A DNA stretch of 64,000 bases from a virus, in the IMG/VR virus record IMGVR_UViG_3300014913_000011, positions 1 to 64,000 of that record. One strand, 5' to 3'. Under the pieces are notes generated by a model. The model did no database searches. It had not been told where the DNA came from and was given only the letters and a program-made list of their open reading frames with translations. Below, one piece after another: positions 20,652-30,532 of this stretch. Both the position numbers and the translations under genes were made by a program. How positions within the stretch are numbered: position 1 is the first letter of the stretch; every line of letters begins with the position of its first letter.

Positions 20652-20680
20652 ATGATACCTAATTTAAACGTAATTGTCAA
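20652..20680 (-). promoter_or_regulatory. sigma70-type promoter, leaderless
   Basis: TTGACA-17 nt-TATCAT-6 nt-ATG. Confidence 0.75.
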
Positions 20681-21379
20681 TTATTTTGAGTTTTTAAATG
20701 AAACTCTTTCTAGAGCTGCATCACGAGCGGGTAGTTGAATCAAACTATAAATGTCATCAGGATTTATTACATTGTATATTTCGAACCAATCTTTCGGTGG
20801 TTTTCCTGACTGTGGATGAATAACTGCATCTCCATACTTAGATACTAGAGCCTTACCATACTTAGAATCTGTACGAATAAGGTATCCAGCTCCAAATCTA
20901 CCAAGATTGGAAATACTTTCATTTTTAGACTTTTTAGCTAACTCTTTATTATACCAAATTAAATTTTTAGTATAAATTAAACTAGACTCTGGAGAGCCTT
21001 GAATAAAGTATGCTGCCCATTTAATAGGTGAACTATCACCTGGTCCTACATTTTCTCCTATACCTAAAAATTCATTAGATAATACTGTTATTGTAACCTC
21101 TCCACTATCTGTAACACTGCTAGCTGATTTGGTTAATTGAGATTTAACTTCCTCTTGGATAATTTCTGAAAAGTTTAAAAACCTAGTAGGGTCGTCTTCT
21201 GCCTCTCCCCCCCAATATTCCTCCTGCATTCCTTGAAACATTTGCATGACTTTTACAGTAAAAAACTGATGAACTTGATCTGATTTTAACCTCCTTCTAA
21301 CCTCTTGATAATAGGCCCTACTCAGATCTCTCTTTAAATCTCTTATCCCTTTTTTAGCTTTCTCTAAGTCCTTTACCAT
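20681..21379 (-). CDS. Putative neck/tail completion protein
   Basis: Position in the neck block; C-terminal IHP..G.PP motif. Confidence 0.45.
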   Translation of the reverse strand: MVKDLEKAKKGIRDLKRDLSRAYYQEVRRRLKSDQVHQFFTVKVMQMFQGMQEEYWGGEAEDDPTRFLNFSEIIQEEVKSQLTKSASSVTDSGEVTITVLSNEFLGIGENVGPGDSSPIKWAAYFIQGSPESSLIYTKNLIWYNKELAKKSKNESISNLGRFGAGYLIRTDSKYGKALVSKYGDAVIHPQSGKPPKDWFEIYNVINPDDIYSLIQLPARDAALERVSFKNSK

Positions 21380-23172
21380 GGCCCATCATCGCTAGGTATA
21401 GTGGGAGGATCATTTGGAGTTCCTGAATCTGCTTGATCCGAACTAGATCCATGTATATTCTTTATAATTCTCGGGTCTGTATCATAATGATCTGATACGC
21501 TCTTATCTGTTTTTACTGTAAGTGTATAAAATTCCACTATATGATCTGCTCCTAGTCCTTTAGTTCTTGGTGGAGATGTTAAAGCACATTCCACTCCATC
21601 TATTATAAACTTTTTTGCATCTCTACACAAGGCATAATTACATTTAAAAGTTTTTATTCTACAAACATTCTCACCATCCCAACCAGCGGATAAGTCTAAA
21701 AAGTCTCCTTTAGGGTTCCAAGTTACCAGACCTTTTATACATTCAAATCTTTTTTCAGTTAGTATACCCTGTCCTTTACATACTGGACATATTGAAGTTC
21801 TTAAGATTTTTGGATTATCTAATGAAGGGTCATACTGTATCCCTGCAGGTGCTGACTCAACATTGAAAGGCTGTGGGTAAACCTTCCGCTCGACTGAAGA
21901 TCCAACAAAGATATTAACAGGTCTGATAAATTCTGAATAATATATATTAGTTGATTTACCTCTAACAGTATCAAAGATGCAATTATTAACACTTATACCT
22001 TCAGCTATGTAGCTATGTTCATTAGTAACTTCAATATTATAAACAGTTGTTTCTTTTTTAAAGGAGTCTAAGGATTTTACCACCTGAAATAGTTTATTAC
22101 CATCCTGAAGAGATCCTCTCAAGTTATACTCCTTATCATTCCAGTATCTTATCTGGTAGCTATCTCTATGCTTTACTTTATTTTTATCAATAAATGCATT
22201 AGTTTTTCTTATACTAACTTTATATCCACAAGATAAAAGTAGATTATATACTTGATATGCTAATTTTTTAGAAATTGTAGTTAACACATTAGCATTAAGG
22301 TTCTTTTCAAAATGTCCATCTCCAGTATAAAGACCAGAAATTAAAGACATAGTTTGCTCCTCATTTAATGTGTAATATAGTTCTTCTGGGATCTTCTTAT
22401 TTCCTGCTAAGTGTCCGCACCACCTATCTAGTAAATCAGCTAGCTTAGAACTGTACATTTCAAAAACTAGATTCTTACTATTAGGTCTATCTTGTATTCC
22501 ATAGTTTAAATCGCAGACTTCTGACCATAAGTCACATACTTTAATACCTACATCTCTCTCTGAGTTATTTAAACAGTAAAGTATACTTCTACCTTTTGAC
22601 GTTACTCCTTCTGCTATGTATAATCCTATTGCAAATAGCAAATCATTAGATAATTGTAATTTTTCTGGTGAGGTTTTCTTTGGGCCTGTGAGATTCTCTT
22701 TCCACTTTATCTTCCTCTCAACTAATCTCTCCTTTGGTAACTCTCTTATACTTTTAAACACTAAGTCACCTTTTTGAATATCACTTATGGACTTTTCTAC
22801 CTGTTTTCCAATTATTGGTTTATAATTTGTACCTAAGTTAGAATATACCTTTAATTTATGATTGGAAGTAGCAGATATACCTACACTGTTTCCATACATA
22901 TGAATAGTATTAAAGTTAAACGTCCCTCCCTTGATAAAAGTTTTTGAAACCTGCTGAAGGTTACCTAACCCATCTATAACTTGATCACCTGGCACAAAAT
23001 CTTGAATTTCTTTCAATCCATTACCTGTCTCTATTAAAGTACCATATTCAAAACAATTGGGACAGTCTACTTCATATGGATCCATAATTACGGCTAAAGA
23101 TCTTCCCATCTCCTTAATGTAACTGTTCATACCTTTGTGAAACTGTTTCTTTAGATCTTTAGGTATTTTCAT
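21373..23172 (-). CDS. Putative head-closure/neck protein with zinc finger, interrupted by an intein
   Basis: Exteins total about 241 aa with CPN|C and CPVC; follows the head-tail adaptor. Confidence 0.65.
   Translation of the reverse strand: MKIPKDLKKQFHKGMNSYIKEMGRSLAVIMDPYEVDCPNCFEYGTLIETGNGLKEIQDFVPGDQVIDGLGNLQQVSKTFIKGGTFNFNTIHMYGNSVGISATSNHKLKVYSNLGTNYKPIIGKQVEKSISDIQKGDLVFKSIRELPKERLVERKIKWKENLTGPKKTSPEKLQLSNDLLFAIGLYIAEGVTSKGRSILYCLNNSERDVGIKVCDLWSEVCDLNYGIQDRPNSKNLVFEMYSSKLADLLDRWCGHLAGNKKIPEELYYTLNEEQTMSLISGLYTGDGHFEKNLNANVLTTISKKLAYQVYNLLLSCGYKVSIRKTNAFIDKNKVKHRDSYQIRYWNDKEYNLRGSLQDGNKLFQVVKSLDSFKKETTVYNIEVTNEHSYIAEGISVNNCIFDTVRGKSTNIYYSEFIRPVNIFVGSSVERKVYPQPFNVESAPAGIQYDPSLDNPKILRTSICPVCKGQGILTEKRFECIKGLVTWNPKGDFLDLSAGWDGENVCRIKTFKCNYALCRDAKKFIIDGVECALTSPPRTKGLGADHIVEFYTLTVKTDKSVSDHYDTDPRIIKNIHGSSSDQADSGTPNDPPTIPSDDGPW
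21982..23055 (-). mobile_element. Intein (358 aa, Cys1...Asn, +1 Cys) with LAGLIDADG endonuclease
   Basis: Block A CFEYGTLI, block B ATSNH, FAIGLYIAEG and LISGLYTGDG, block F/G VYNIEV...EGISVNN|C. Confidence 0.92.
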
Positions 23173-23174
23173 GG

Positions 23175-23810
23175 TTATTCAACCTTGTAGACTGGTAGAC
23201 TCATCATCTTACATCCACTCTTAATTTCTAATGAATGTTTAAGCTCTTTTCCAACTATGTTCATAAATGTGGCTAACGATTGTGGTCTCCTACTAGCATC
23301 AAATTTGCTATCACTGTCTTCTAAGTTAACTGCCTCACTAATATACTTAGACATATCTTTACTTAAAAGTACATAAGCCGTAGAGAGGGATAATAAATCT
23401 TCCCCCAAATCCGTATCTGATAAAGAACATTGACCTGTCAGGAAGGTATGTGCAGAAGTATCGTATGTATTTATTATCTCTAAATCTGAATGTCTGAACT
23501 TATCGTACACTACTGTTAAACTAATCCCTGAAACCAAGGGTCCTGGTACTGTATCCCACTGTAAGTACTCATGATTCAGAACCTGTACTCCACTTGTTAC
23601 TATAGCTCCACCAATTACAATGTCAGTTGGCCAACCTTTTGGCTCCTCTAATCCATACATAGAACCTTGTAATTTTACATTAGCACAGTAATCTACTGAG
23701 GTGATATCATCTACTACAGTTCTCTTCTCATCACCTATTAGTTGACGTATTCTAAAGACTATTACTTCTTCTGGTTGTGTTAAACTTATCTCTTCAGTAA
23801 ATGTAGCCAT
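23175..23810 (-). CDS. Putative head-tail adaptor
   Basis: RIRQLIGD motif; start refined to ATG 23810 (AAGGA SD). Confidence 0.6.
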   Translation of the reverse strand: MATFTEEISLTQPEEVIVFRIRQLIGDEKRTVVDDITSVDYCANVKLQGSMYGLEEPKGWPTDIVIGGAIVTSGVQVLNHEYLQWDTVPGPLVSGISLTVVYDKFRHSDLEIINTYDTSAHTFLTGQCSLSDTDLGEDLLSLSTAYVLLSKDMSKYISEAVNLEDSDSKFDASRRPQSLATFMNIVGKELKHSLEIKSGCKMMSLPVYKVE

Positions 23811-23814
23811 ATCC

Positions 23815-24162
23815 TTAACTTGCCATGATCTCACTTATATATGTACTAAAGTCCTCTGAGTTGGTGGTCTTACTAATTATCCCAGAAATTCCATTGTAAG
23901 AGGGTCTTAATACATCCTCTCCCTTACAACACGTAATTACTATATCTCCATCATATCCTTGACTTCTTAGGCTATCATAAACTTCAATACCATTTCTATT
24001 CCTTAATAGATGACTAACTATCACTAAATCATAGTTGTTTAAATCCTTATCTAGATCTTCATTTAACGTTTCTATAAACTTGATATCAGACTCTATTGTC
24101 AGTAGCTTCCTTCTATACATTGTTTCATAACTCTTGGAATCAATTACTAATAGTTTTGACAT
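23815..24162 (-). CDS. Receiver-domain (CheY-like) protein, atypical
   Basis: KLLVID...YDLVIVS...NGIEVYDSLR...GISGIISK pattern; Ser at the phospho-acceptor position. Confidence 0.65.
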   Translation of the reverse strand: MSKLLVIDSKSYETMYRRKLLTIESDIKFIETLNEDLDKDLNNYDLVIVSHLLRNRNGIEVYDSLRSQGYDGDIVITCCKGEDVLRPSYNGISGIISKTTNSEDFSTYISEIMAS

Positions 24163-24171
24163 ATTAAACTC

Positions 24172-24558
24172 CTATATATATCCTAACTGTTTAGCTATTA
24201 CCAGACCTGCTAATACAGTTGCTGCCACAGTCTTTATAATAAAAGATAGTTTACTATTTTTGATATTAGTAACTTCAGTATCTAAATCTTCGAAACTATC
24301 AGTTGCTTTTCTTAATTTTGCCTTCATATTCTCTAACTTTTCTAAATATAGTTCAGAGTGCTCCTCAAAAGCTATTCGGGTCTTCTCTGCGACATAGAAT
24401 GTATCTCGCATTTCTTCACTTTTTTTCTTTAGTTCTTCACTTAATTTCCTGTGTTCAGTTCTAAGGTCTTTAAGACTATCTTTGATATACTCAATATCTT
24501 TGAATGCTTGAATTAATTGTACATACTCTTCCGCTTCTAACTTATGGAAATCATTCAC
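24172..24558 (-). CDS. Coiled-coil protein with C-terminal TM
   Basis: GTG start with GGAGG SD; coiled coil then a hydrophobic tail. Confidence 0.65.
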   Translation of the reverse strand: MNDFHKLEAEEYVQLIQAFKDIEYIKDSLKDLRTEHRKLSEELKKKSEEMRDTFYVAEKTRIAFEEHSELYLEKLENMKAKLRKATDSFEDLDTEVTNIKNSKLSFIIKTVAATVLAGLVIAKQLGYI

Positions 24559-24639
24559 TGAGGTACCTCCACCTGGATATTATATCTAATAGACCTTCTT
24601 ATATACAATAGTACAAATTAGTGTAGTTACTATAGTTCA

Positions 24640-25668
24640 TTAGAATTTCTGGAAATTTGACCTTACCCAGAATGCCCCAGTGTGGTAATACATGAAGTTA
24701 CGATCCCAACGTACCTCACCTTCTTCACCTAGTTCTGCTGAGGATATTGGTGAAGATCCTGATGTAGTTATTAATACCCCACTAATTGTAAGTTTATTTT
24801 TTACTGCAACTTCATTACCATCACACCATAGTGCGTCTGTTGCTGCAAATCCTGACCCATTGTGATGTAAGGTATCCCCATAGTTGCCAGCAATTGATGC
24901 AGAGCCTCCACCAAATGAACCAATGTATCTAAAAGCCTCTATGTATAGCGGTTTGGAATATCCCAAATCATCTGCTGTAAATCCAGAACCAAAAAGTATA
25001 AGTCCTTGCTGCCAGTTCGGTATCCAAGCTCCTTGAGTGGTAAAAATTTCGGTGCCATCTGCTTCATATAGTCTAATAGCATACCCAGTGCCAAACCTAG
25101 CATTTGGTATAAAATTTTTGATATTGTTAGAAAATGTATTGCCTGCTTCGTCTTTAGTAAACCAAGCAAGTCCGTTTGATGCTAAATCCTCTGTTAGATA
25201 TATCCTACTCTGTAACACAGCAGAGCCAGCAGAAACACCTGAGTTACTATTTAAAGTTATAGTATAACTTCCCCCACCATTATCTACTGCATTTATTATA
25301 GATTTAATATAAGTTGCATTAGGATGTACATCTGTAACTTGATATCCGATTTGTGGAATTATTGTAGTAGTAAGAATGTCCCAATCAAGTCCATTAGCTA
25401 CAAGAGTAATACCCTCCCCCTGACTACGATCTTCTACTATAGAACCAGAAGCAGTTGCTGCAGCCTGAGCTTGAGCTTGAGTAGTTGTTACTGGAATTAA
25501 ACTTGAATTTGCCCAGATATCCTCTGGATAAATTATATGTGTTGAAGGTACTTTCTCCTCGTACCACATCTTACCACCAGCATTTGGGTCAGTATTGACA
25601 GTACCCTGCAGACCAAACAAGTGTTTGAAATTAATATTTAACTTTTCGGTATCTGAAAAATCAGCCAT
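24640..25668 (-). CDS. Putative virion structural/fibre protein
   Basis: Downstream of the capsid gene; C-terminal GEVRWDRNFMYYHTGAFWVR fibre-type motif. Confidence 0.55.
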   Translation of the reverse strand: MADFSDTEKLNINFKHLFGLQGTVNTDPNAGGKMWYEEKVPSTHIIYPEDIWANSSLIPVTTTQAQAQAAATASGSIVEDRSQGEGITLVANGLDWDILTTTIIPQIGYQVTDVHPNATYIKSIINAVDNGGGSYTITLNSNSGVSAGSAVLQSRIYLTEDLASNGLAWFTKDEAGNTFSNNIKNFIPNARFGTGYAIRLYEADGTEIFTTQGAWIPNWQQGLILFGSGFTADDLGYSKPLYIEAFRYIGSFGGGSASIAGNYGDTLHHNGSGFAATDALWCDGNEVAVKNKLTISGVLITTSGSSPISSAELGEEGEVRWDRNFMYYHTGAFWVRSNFQKF

Positions 25669-25671
25669 AAA

Positions 25672-27525
25672 TTATGTCCAGTTAATAATCTCCATTCTGG
25701 TAATAACAGTTGAAACGGCTTCAGGATTTTTTAAAGTCACTCTTGCTTCTATAGCTTTATTCTCAGCAAATGCTGTAGAAAAACCACCAAACGTAAATTC
25801 AAATTCGGGGGCTAGGTATCCACCAGTGTTTACAAAACAACCATCTCCAACATCACCTGTAAATGTTCCAATATTATAAGGGTCATTTAAGCTAAGCCAG
25901 TCAGTCCCTTCATTTCCGGGGCCTTGTACCCCATTTCCAGGTATATGAGTTCCAACTACTCTAATCTCTACTAACACCTCCTTAGAGGTTCTTTGGACTT
26001 CTGTAAGTCCAGCAATTCTAAATACTCCATTGGTTCTAGAAACACCAGATGAATCCTTAAACTGTCTAATGTAAACCTTATCAGTTCCCTCCCCCACAAT
26101 ACTAGTATAATCTCTATTAGCCAGGGGATCCATACTAGAAAAGTCAACCTGAGGAAACACTAATAAACCATTTATTACTTGCAATCCAGTACCCGAAATT
26201 AACGTCATAGTTGAGTCCCAAGACCTAGCACCTCTAGATGGGCCATTTATTCCTACCACTGATCCACTCGCATTAGTCATGCGATAATCTTCATCTAAAA
26301 ATAACTCTAAAGTATCCGTTGACTGATTTCCAAATGTATTTATAAGTATTTCAGGGTTCGCACTAAATAAGGAACCATTACTCGTAAAAAATGGATCTCT
26401 TACCACATAACGCATCTGTGCAAAATTATTGTCCTCATCAGGATTAATTACATCGTTGTTTATACTCTTAGTACCACTATATATAAAATCATCTGCATGT
26501 TCAAAAGGTAGTACTGGAGGATTTACACCTTCACTAGTAACATCTACATTATTATAATTTATTACGAAGTTGTTTATACCATATTCAATTGAATTAACTA
26601 GAATAGGATCTGTTCTGTACGTATCTTTCCATACCTCCAAAGCATCTAAGTAAAACTCTACTGATGATCCTTGACCTGCAAACTTAATGCCACTTAACCA
26701 TTTAATTGCAACTGCATCCATTTTTAAATTTTGAGAATTAATACTAGGTGCTGTTCCAGTATCCAAAAAATAATCTATTACCTGTGAGTAGGAAGCTGAA
26801 TCAACAATGTGTTCTACTACTATTTGTACATAACCTGTTCCACCTAATAAGCTAAATGCGGGTAAAGAAACTTCTACAAATCCTTCTATCCTATCAAAGT
26901 TCCTTTGTAAAGAATTTATCTCTAAGTATCCTTGTGGCGTACTTACTTGGTCATTTAAGGAACCATCTAAACTTAAAGTCTCAGTATGAATTAGCACATT
27001 GTTACCATTGTAATATTTTACAGTTACTTCTCCTGATTGAAGATCTGTTATTTTCTGTCCAGTGTCTAAGTTCCAGTCTAAAGTATTAGTTCTAGTTATA
27101 TCTCTGTTAGTATCATTGTCCCAGGAGTTTGTATAGAAAGGAACTCCTAAAGAATCTGGACTTGCAACTCTACCTATAGTAAAAAATGGGGAGACTAATA
27201 GTCCATTAGTATTACCATCTAGACTTCCAATGTGACTTGCATAACTTCCAGACACAACAGGGGGCACACTTCCTGAAAAGCAAATCCATTGCATATTATC
27301 TGGATCACTTAATTGTAAACACCCTGTAGTTTTATTATAAATTAAAACGCCATGCTGAGTAGGTACATCCGTTATATCTAAAAAATCTGATTGTTCAACT
27401 AAGGGTACATATCCAATTATATCCCTATTGCCGTTTTCTGCATAGAGATATCCTTGATCTATGAATCTAGCATCTGAACTCTGTGCAACCCTAGATCTGG
27501 GTCTTTTTTTATCTCCTTGAACCAA
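25672..27525 (-). CDS. Putative virion structural protein (beta-rich)
   Basis: 617 aa; GVLIYNKTTG fibre-type motif; follows the capsid gene. Confidence 0.55.
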   Translation of the reverse strand: MVQGDKKRPRSRVAQSSDARFIDQGYLYAENGNRDIIGYVPLVEQSDFLDITDVPTQHGVLIYNKTTGCLQLSDPDNMQWICFSGSVPPVVSGSYASHIGSLDGNTNGLLVSPFFTIGRVASPDSLGVPFYTNSWDNDTNRDITRTNTLDWNLDTGQKITDLQSGEVTVKYYNGNNVLIHTETLSLDGSLNDQVSTPQGYLEINSLQRNFDRIEGFVEVSLPAFSLLGGTGYVQIVVEHIVDSASYSQVIDYFLDTGTAPSINSQNLKMDAVAIKWLSGIKFAGQGSSVEFYLDALEVWKDTYRTDPILVNSIEYGINNFVINYNNVDVTSEGVNPPVLPFEHADDFIYSGTKSINNDVINPDEDNNFAQMRYVVRDPFFTSNGSLFSANPEILINTFGNQSTDTLELFLDEDYRMTNASGSVVGINGPSRGARSWDSTMTLISGTGLQVINGLLVFPQVDFSSMDPLANRDYTSIVGEGTDKVYIRQFKDSSGVSRTNGVFRIAGLTEVQRTSKEVLVEIRVVGTHIPGNGVQGPGNEGTDWLSLNDPYNIGTFTGDVGDGCFVNTGGYLAPEFEFTFGGFSTAFAENKAIEARVTLKNPEAVSTVITRMEIINWT

Positions 27526-27642
27526 TCCTTTCCTATCTCCGAGTTTTGAAACTCTTATTTGATTGTTACCTTATTCCTTCAAAGTAAATCTTATACTTAC
27601 CTAGTATACCATAGTTATATAGTATAGTCTATACCTAGTTAC

Positions 27643-27676
27643 AAAAAAAATGCCCACTATATTTCAAGTGAGCATT
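27643..27676 (-). terminator. Intrinsic terminator after the major capsid gene
   Basis: ATGCTCACT-loop-AGTGGGCAT followed by a T run. Confidence 0.8.
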
Positions 27677-27703
27677 ATAGTAAAATTAATTACTTATCGG
27701 CAA

Positions 27704-28777
27704 CTAGGCGCGATTTATGATTCCCATACTTATCATACGAGGATCAAGGACTGCGATTCCTAGTTCTTCCCAACCATAGAAGCCCTGAAGCTGTTCTCTA
27801 TGTAGTGTTGGATCGTCAAAGAATCTCATTTCTTCTCTAATTGGCATAACCAAGGAGTCATCAGATGTTAGATCGAAACCGTAAATCTGAGTCTCTCCAG
27901 CTGTAACCAAGTTCAAGTTGGCATCAACCTTATTAGCGTCTGTAGGTGCGTAATCATTAAACTGACCACCACTACCGACTTTAAATAGACCGCCTTCGCT
28001 GTCGTTAGAGTTGATATTGTACCTTCCAGTCATACCTAATTGATGTACTTCGTGAAGTTTAACCTTCCAAAGCTCATCCATTCCACCAGATACAAAGATT
28101 TCTCTTCTAGTAGTATCGTCAACCTGTGAACCAGACCATTCTCTCTGATCTGCCATATCTTCTGGAGATACATAGAGGTCAGTTAGAGTGCGTCTTGTTC
28201 TTTTCATTTTAACGATCATCTGGTTAACTAGTTCCTTACTGAAGAAGCCTGCAGCGGGTCCACCGGCAATTTCAACAATAGGAGCTGGACGTGCAGGAAG
28301 AAGTCCTTTGCCTGGGAAGGCAGAGGTTGCAGCTGGAGCTAAAAGTCTCCATGCGCTTTCTTCTTCATAATCGACTACTGAACGAGCAGCTGTACGCATA
28401 CAACGTTCTGCAATATCAATACGACCATCACGAGCATACTTAAGTGCCCACTCACAGGAAGTACCTATTTTAAACGTTGGAACTACGATTTCTTCACCAG
28501 CTAGCTCTACGAAATTACGTGGAACTGCACCAACCTTAGGTAGTACAAATACTGGTACGTCAAAATCATCAGCTATTGGGTAACTAGCCTGAGCACCGGG
28601 GTCTAAGACCTGAACTGCGAACAGTTGACGTGCTAAAGACTCATCACGAACTAGCTGTAGAATTGGAACTTGAATAGCTTGGGCTACTGCTTTACGAACC
28701 TGTGGATCATCATAGTTCGCTGCAACAGCTTTCATTAGTGCTTTAAATTGTTCCTTATTTTTGATTAATTCAATCAT
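27704..28777 (-). CDS. Major capsid protein (HK97-fold expected)
   Basis: 357 aa; order protease-scaffold-decoration-capsid; strong SD, terminator, C-terminal QGFYGWEELGIAVLDPR. Confidence 0.85.
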   Translation of the reverse strand: MIELIKNKEQFKALMKAVAANYDDPQVRKAVAQAIQVPILQLVRDESLARQLFAVQVLDPGAQASYPIADDFDVPVFVLPKVGAVPRNFVELAGEEIVVPTFKIGTSCEWALKYARDGRIDIAERCMRTAARSVVDYEEESAWRLLAPAATSAFPGKGLLPARPAPIVEIAGGPAAGFFSKELVNQMIVKMKRTRRTLTDLYVSPEDMADQREWSGSQVDDTTRREIFVSGGMDELWKVKLHEVHQLGMTGRYNINSNDSEGGLFKVGSGGQFNDYAPTDANKVDANLNLVTAGETQIYGFDLTSDDSLVMPIREEMRFFDDPTLHREQLQGFYGWEELGIAVLDPRMISMGIINRA

Positions 28778-28795
28778 CTTATTTTCTCTCCTTTA

Positions 28796-29311
28796 TTACA
28801 GCTTTAGCTGAATTAAGAGTGCTTGTCCTGCAGCAACTTGCTCTGCTGTCAGTGGCTCTTGTACAATCGCACAAGGCACAGGAACACCTGCAACATTTAC
28901 TGCAACGTCCTGAGATGATCCATCATCATTTATTAATTTTCCATTGTTAGCAGTATCGTTAACTTGACAGTATAGAACTGTACCAGCTGCAACACCAGCG
29001 CCTCCGATTATATTGTAATTCTCTGTATGGTAAATTCCACCTTCTTGATAAAGAAGAATAGGGTCACCAAGTCTTGCATCACTTGCTCCGATTTCACCAG
29101 GAAACTCGTAGTTTTGTGGGAGATTTGCAGACTGAGCCTTTACACGCTGAAAAGAAATAGCGTAAGGTACGTTACCGGAAACGGCTACGCACTTAGCAGC
29201 TTTACCTTCAGCAGTTAGATACACAATAGCACCAGGTTCCATAGCTCCACTTGCTTCGTCATGAACGAGCATTGTGTTCTGTATACCTGGATGTCTAGGA
29301 ATCAAAGCCAT
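28796..29311 (-). CDS. Capsid decoration/stabilising protein
   Basis: Small Gly/Ala/Val-rich beta protein immediately upstream of the capsid gene. Confidence 0.65.
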   Translation of the reverse strand: MALIPRHPGIQNTMLVHDEASGAMEPGAIVYLTAEGKAAKCVAVSGNVPYAISFQRVKAQSANLPQNYEFPGEIGASDARLGDPILLYQEGGIYHTENYNIIGGAGVAAGTVLYCQVNDTANNGKLINDDGSSQDVAVNVAGVPVPCAIVQEPLTAEQVAAGQALLIQLKL

Positions 29312-29355
29312 AACTATATTCCCATCCTTTTATAATTTTATATTATATAAAAATA

Positions 29356-30144
29356 CTAAAAACAATTAACTAAATCGTTAACTAGTTTTCTAGCGTCGAG
29401 TTTACTAGAATTACACGAAGCTTCTTCTTTAACTTCTTCTGATTCTTCTAAAGATTTCTCTTCTTCGGTCTCTTCAGCTAGTTTTTCATCTTCCTGCTTT
29501 TCTGTCTCCGTTTTAGGAGCCTCTTCTTCCTCTGTTTCCAGAAGTTTTTCATTTGAAAGAATTTTTTTCAATTTCTCAGTGACTTCTTCGGCAGAGGCTG
29601 CTGCTTCAGCATCGCCCTGTACAATTTCGTCTACTTTGGAATCGATCTCCTCTTCCTTAGCCTCTTCTTCATGGGCCTTAGAAGTTGTTGAGATTCTTTC
29701 TTTAATGTCAGTAAGGTCTTCGACGTAAGCCTCAAACTCTTCTATTGACATTTTGGAAATACGTTCCGCTTGCGCCACAAGCTTGTCTTCTCCTGAACGA
29801 AGAATATCATTCTCCTTCAAAATACTAACACGCTCTGCGATCATAGCTGCTTCCTTCATAGCGTCAAGCTCTTCCTGAGCTTTTGCTGCTACTTCAAGAG
29901 CTGCTGCTAACTTTTCCTCTAAATCCTTTACAGTTGCCTGGGACTCAGATAATTCCTTATCTTTTAGTTCAGCCTCTGTATGAAGGGTTTCGATTTCTGT
30001 TGCTTGATCGGCTACATCAACGGTTAACTGCTGAACGTCTTCCAAAGTCGCTTCTACTTTGGCTTTGATACTTTCTGAATTATCAGTAGTACTTTCTTCC
30101 TCAGTAACTTCAACTTCTTTAGTCTCAAGCTGTTCTTTTACCAT
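29356..30144 (-). CDS. Capsid scaffolding protein (acidic coiled coil)
   Basis: Glu-rich coiled coil; start refined to ATG 30144 (GGAGG SD). Confidence 0.7.
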   Translation of the reverse strand: MVKEQLETKEVEVTEEESTTDNSESIKAKVEATLEDVQQLTVDVADQATEIETLHTEAELKDKELSESQATVKDLEEKLAAALEVAAKAQEELDAMKEAAMIAERVSILKENDILRSGEDKLVAQAERISKMSIEEFEAYVEDLTDIKERISTTSKAHEEEAKEEEIDSKVDEIVQGDAEAAASAEEVTEKLKKILSNEKLLETEEEEAPKTETEKQEDEKLAEETEEEKSLEESEEVKEEASCNSSKLDARKLVNDLVNCF

Positions 30145-30157
30145 TAATTGAAACCTC

Positions 30158-30532
30158 CTAGTTTCTGGTTTTGTCTCTTTCAAGACTTTTCTTAGATAGA
30201 TATTGCTCAAACTTACTATTAAATCCCATAGTACAAATCTCGTAAGATTCTGCTACTTTTAAGATTTTTTTATAAGCTTCCTCTATTTCCTGCTCTGAAA
30301 CCTTCTTTACTTTTAAGAGATGCTCCATTGCAGATAAAACTTGACGCTTACCATCTAGTGGTAATTTCTTAAGATTAGTAAAAGCATATTCTTTAGCTAT
30401 CTTTATTTTTTTCTTATTTAACTTCTTGTAATTACTAACTTTTTCCTCAGTTGAACTAGGTTTAGCCTTTAGGTCTTTATCCTGTACCTTGTCCTTTAGT
30501 TCTTGGGGGAATGACTCGAATAATTTAACCAT
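30158..30532 (-). CDS. DUF6582-like helical domain protein
   Basis: YAF...KKLPLDGKRQVLSAM...ILKVAESY resembles the repeats in the upstream protease. Confidence 0.6.
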   Translation of the reverse strand: MVKLFESFPQELKDKVQDKDLKAKPSSTEEKVSNYKKLNKKKIKIAKEYAFTNLKKLPLDGKRQVLSAMEHLLKVKKVSEQEIEEAYKKILKVAESYEICTMGFNSKFEQYLSKKSLERDKTRN

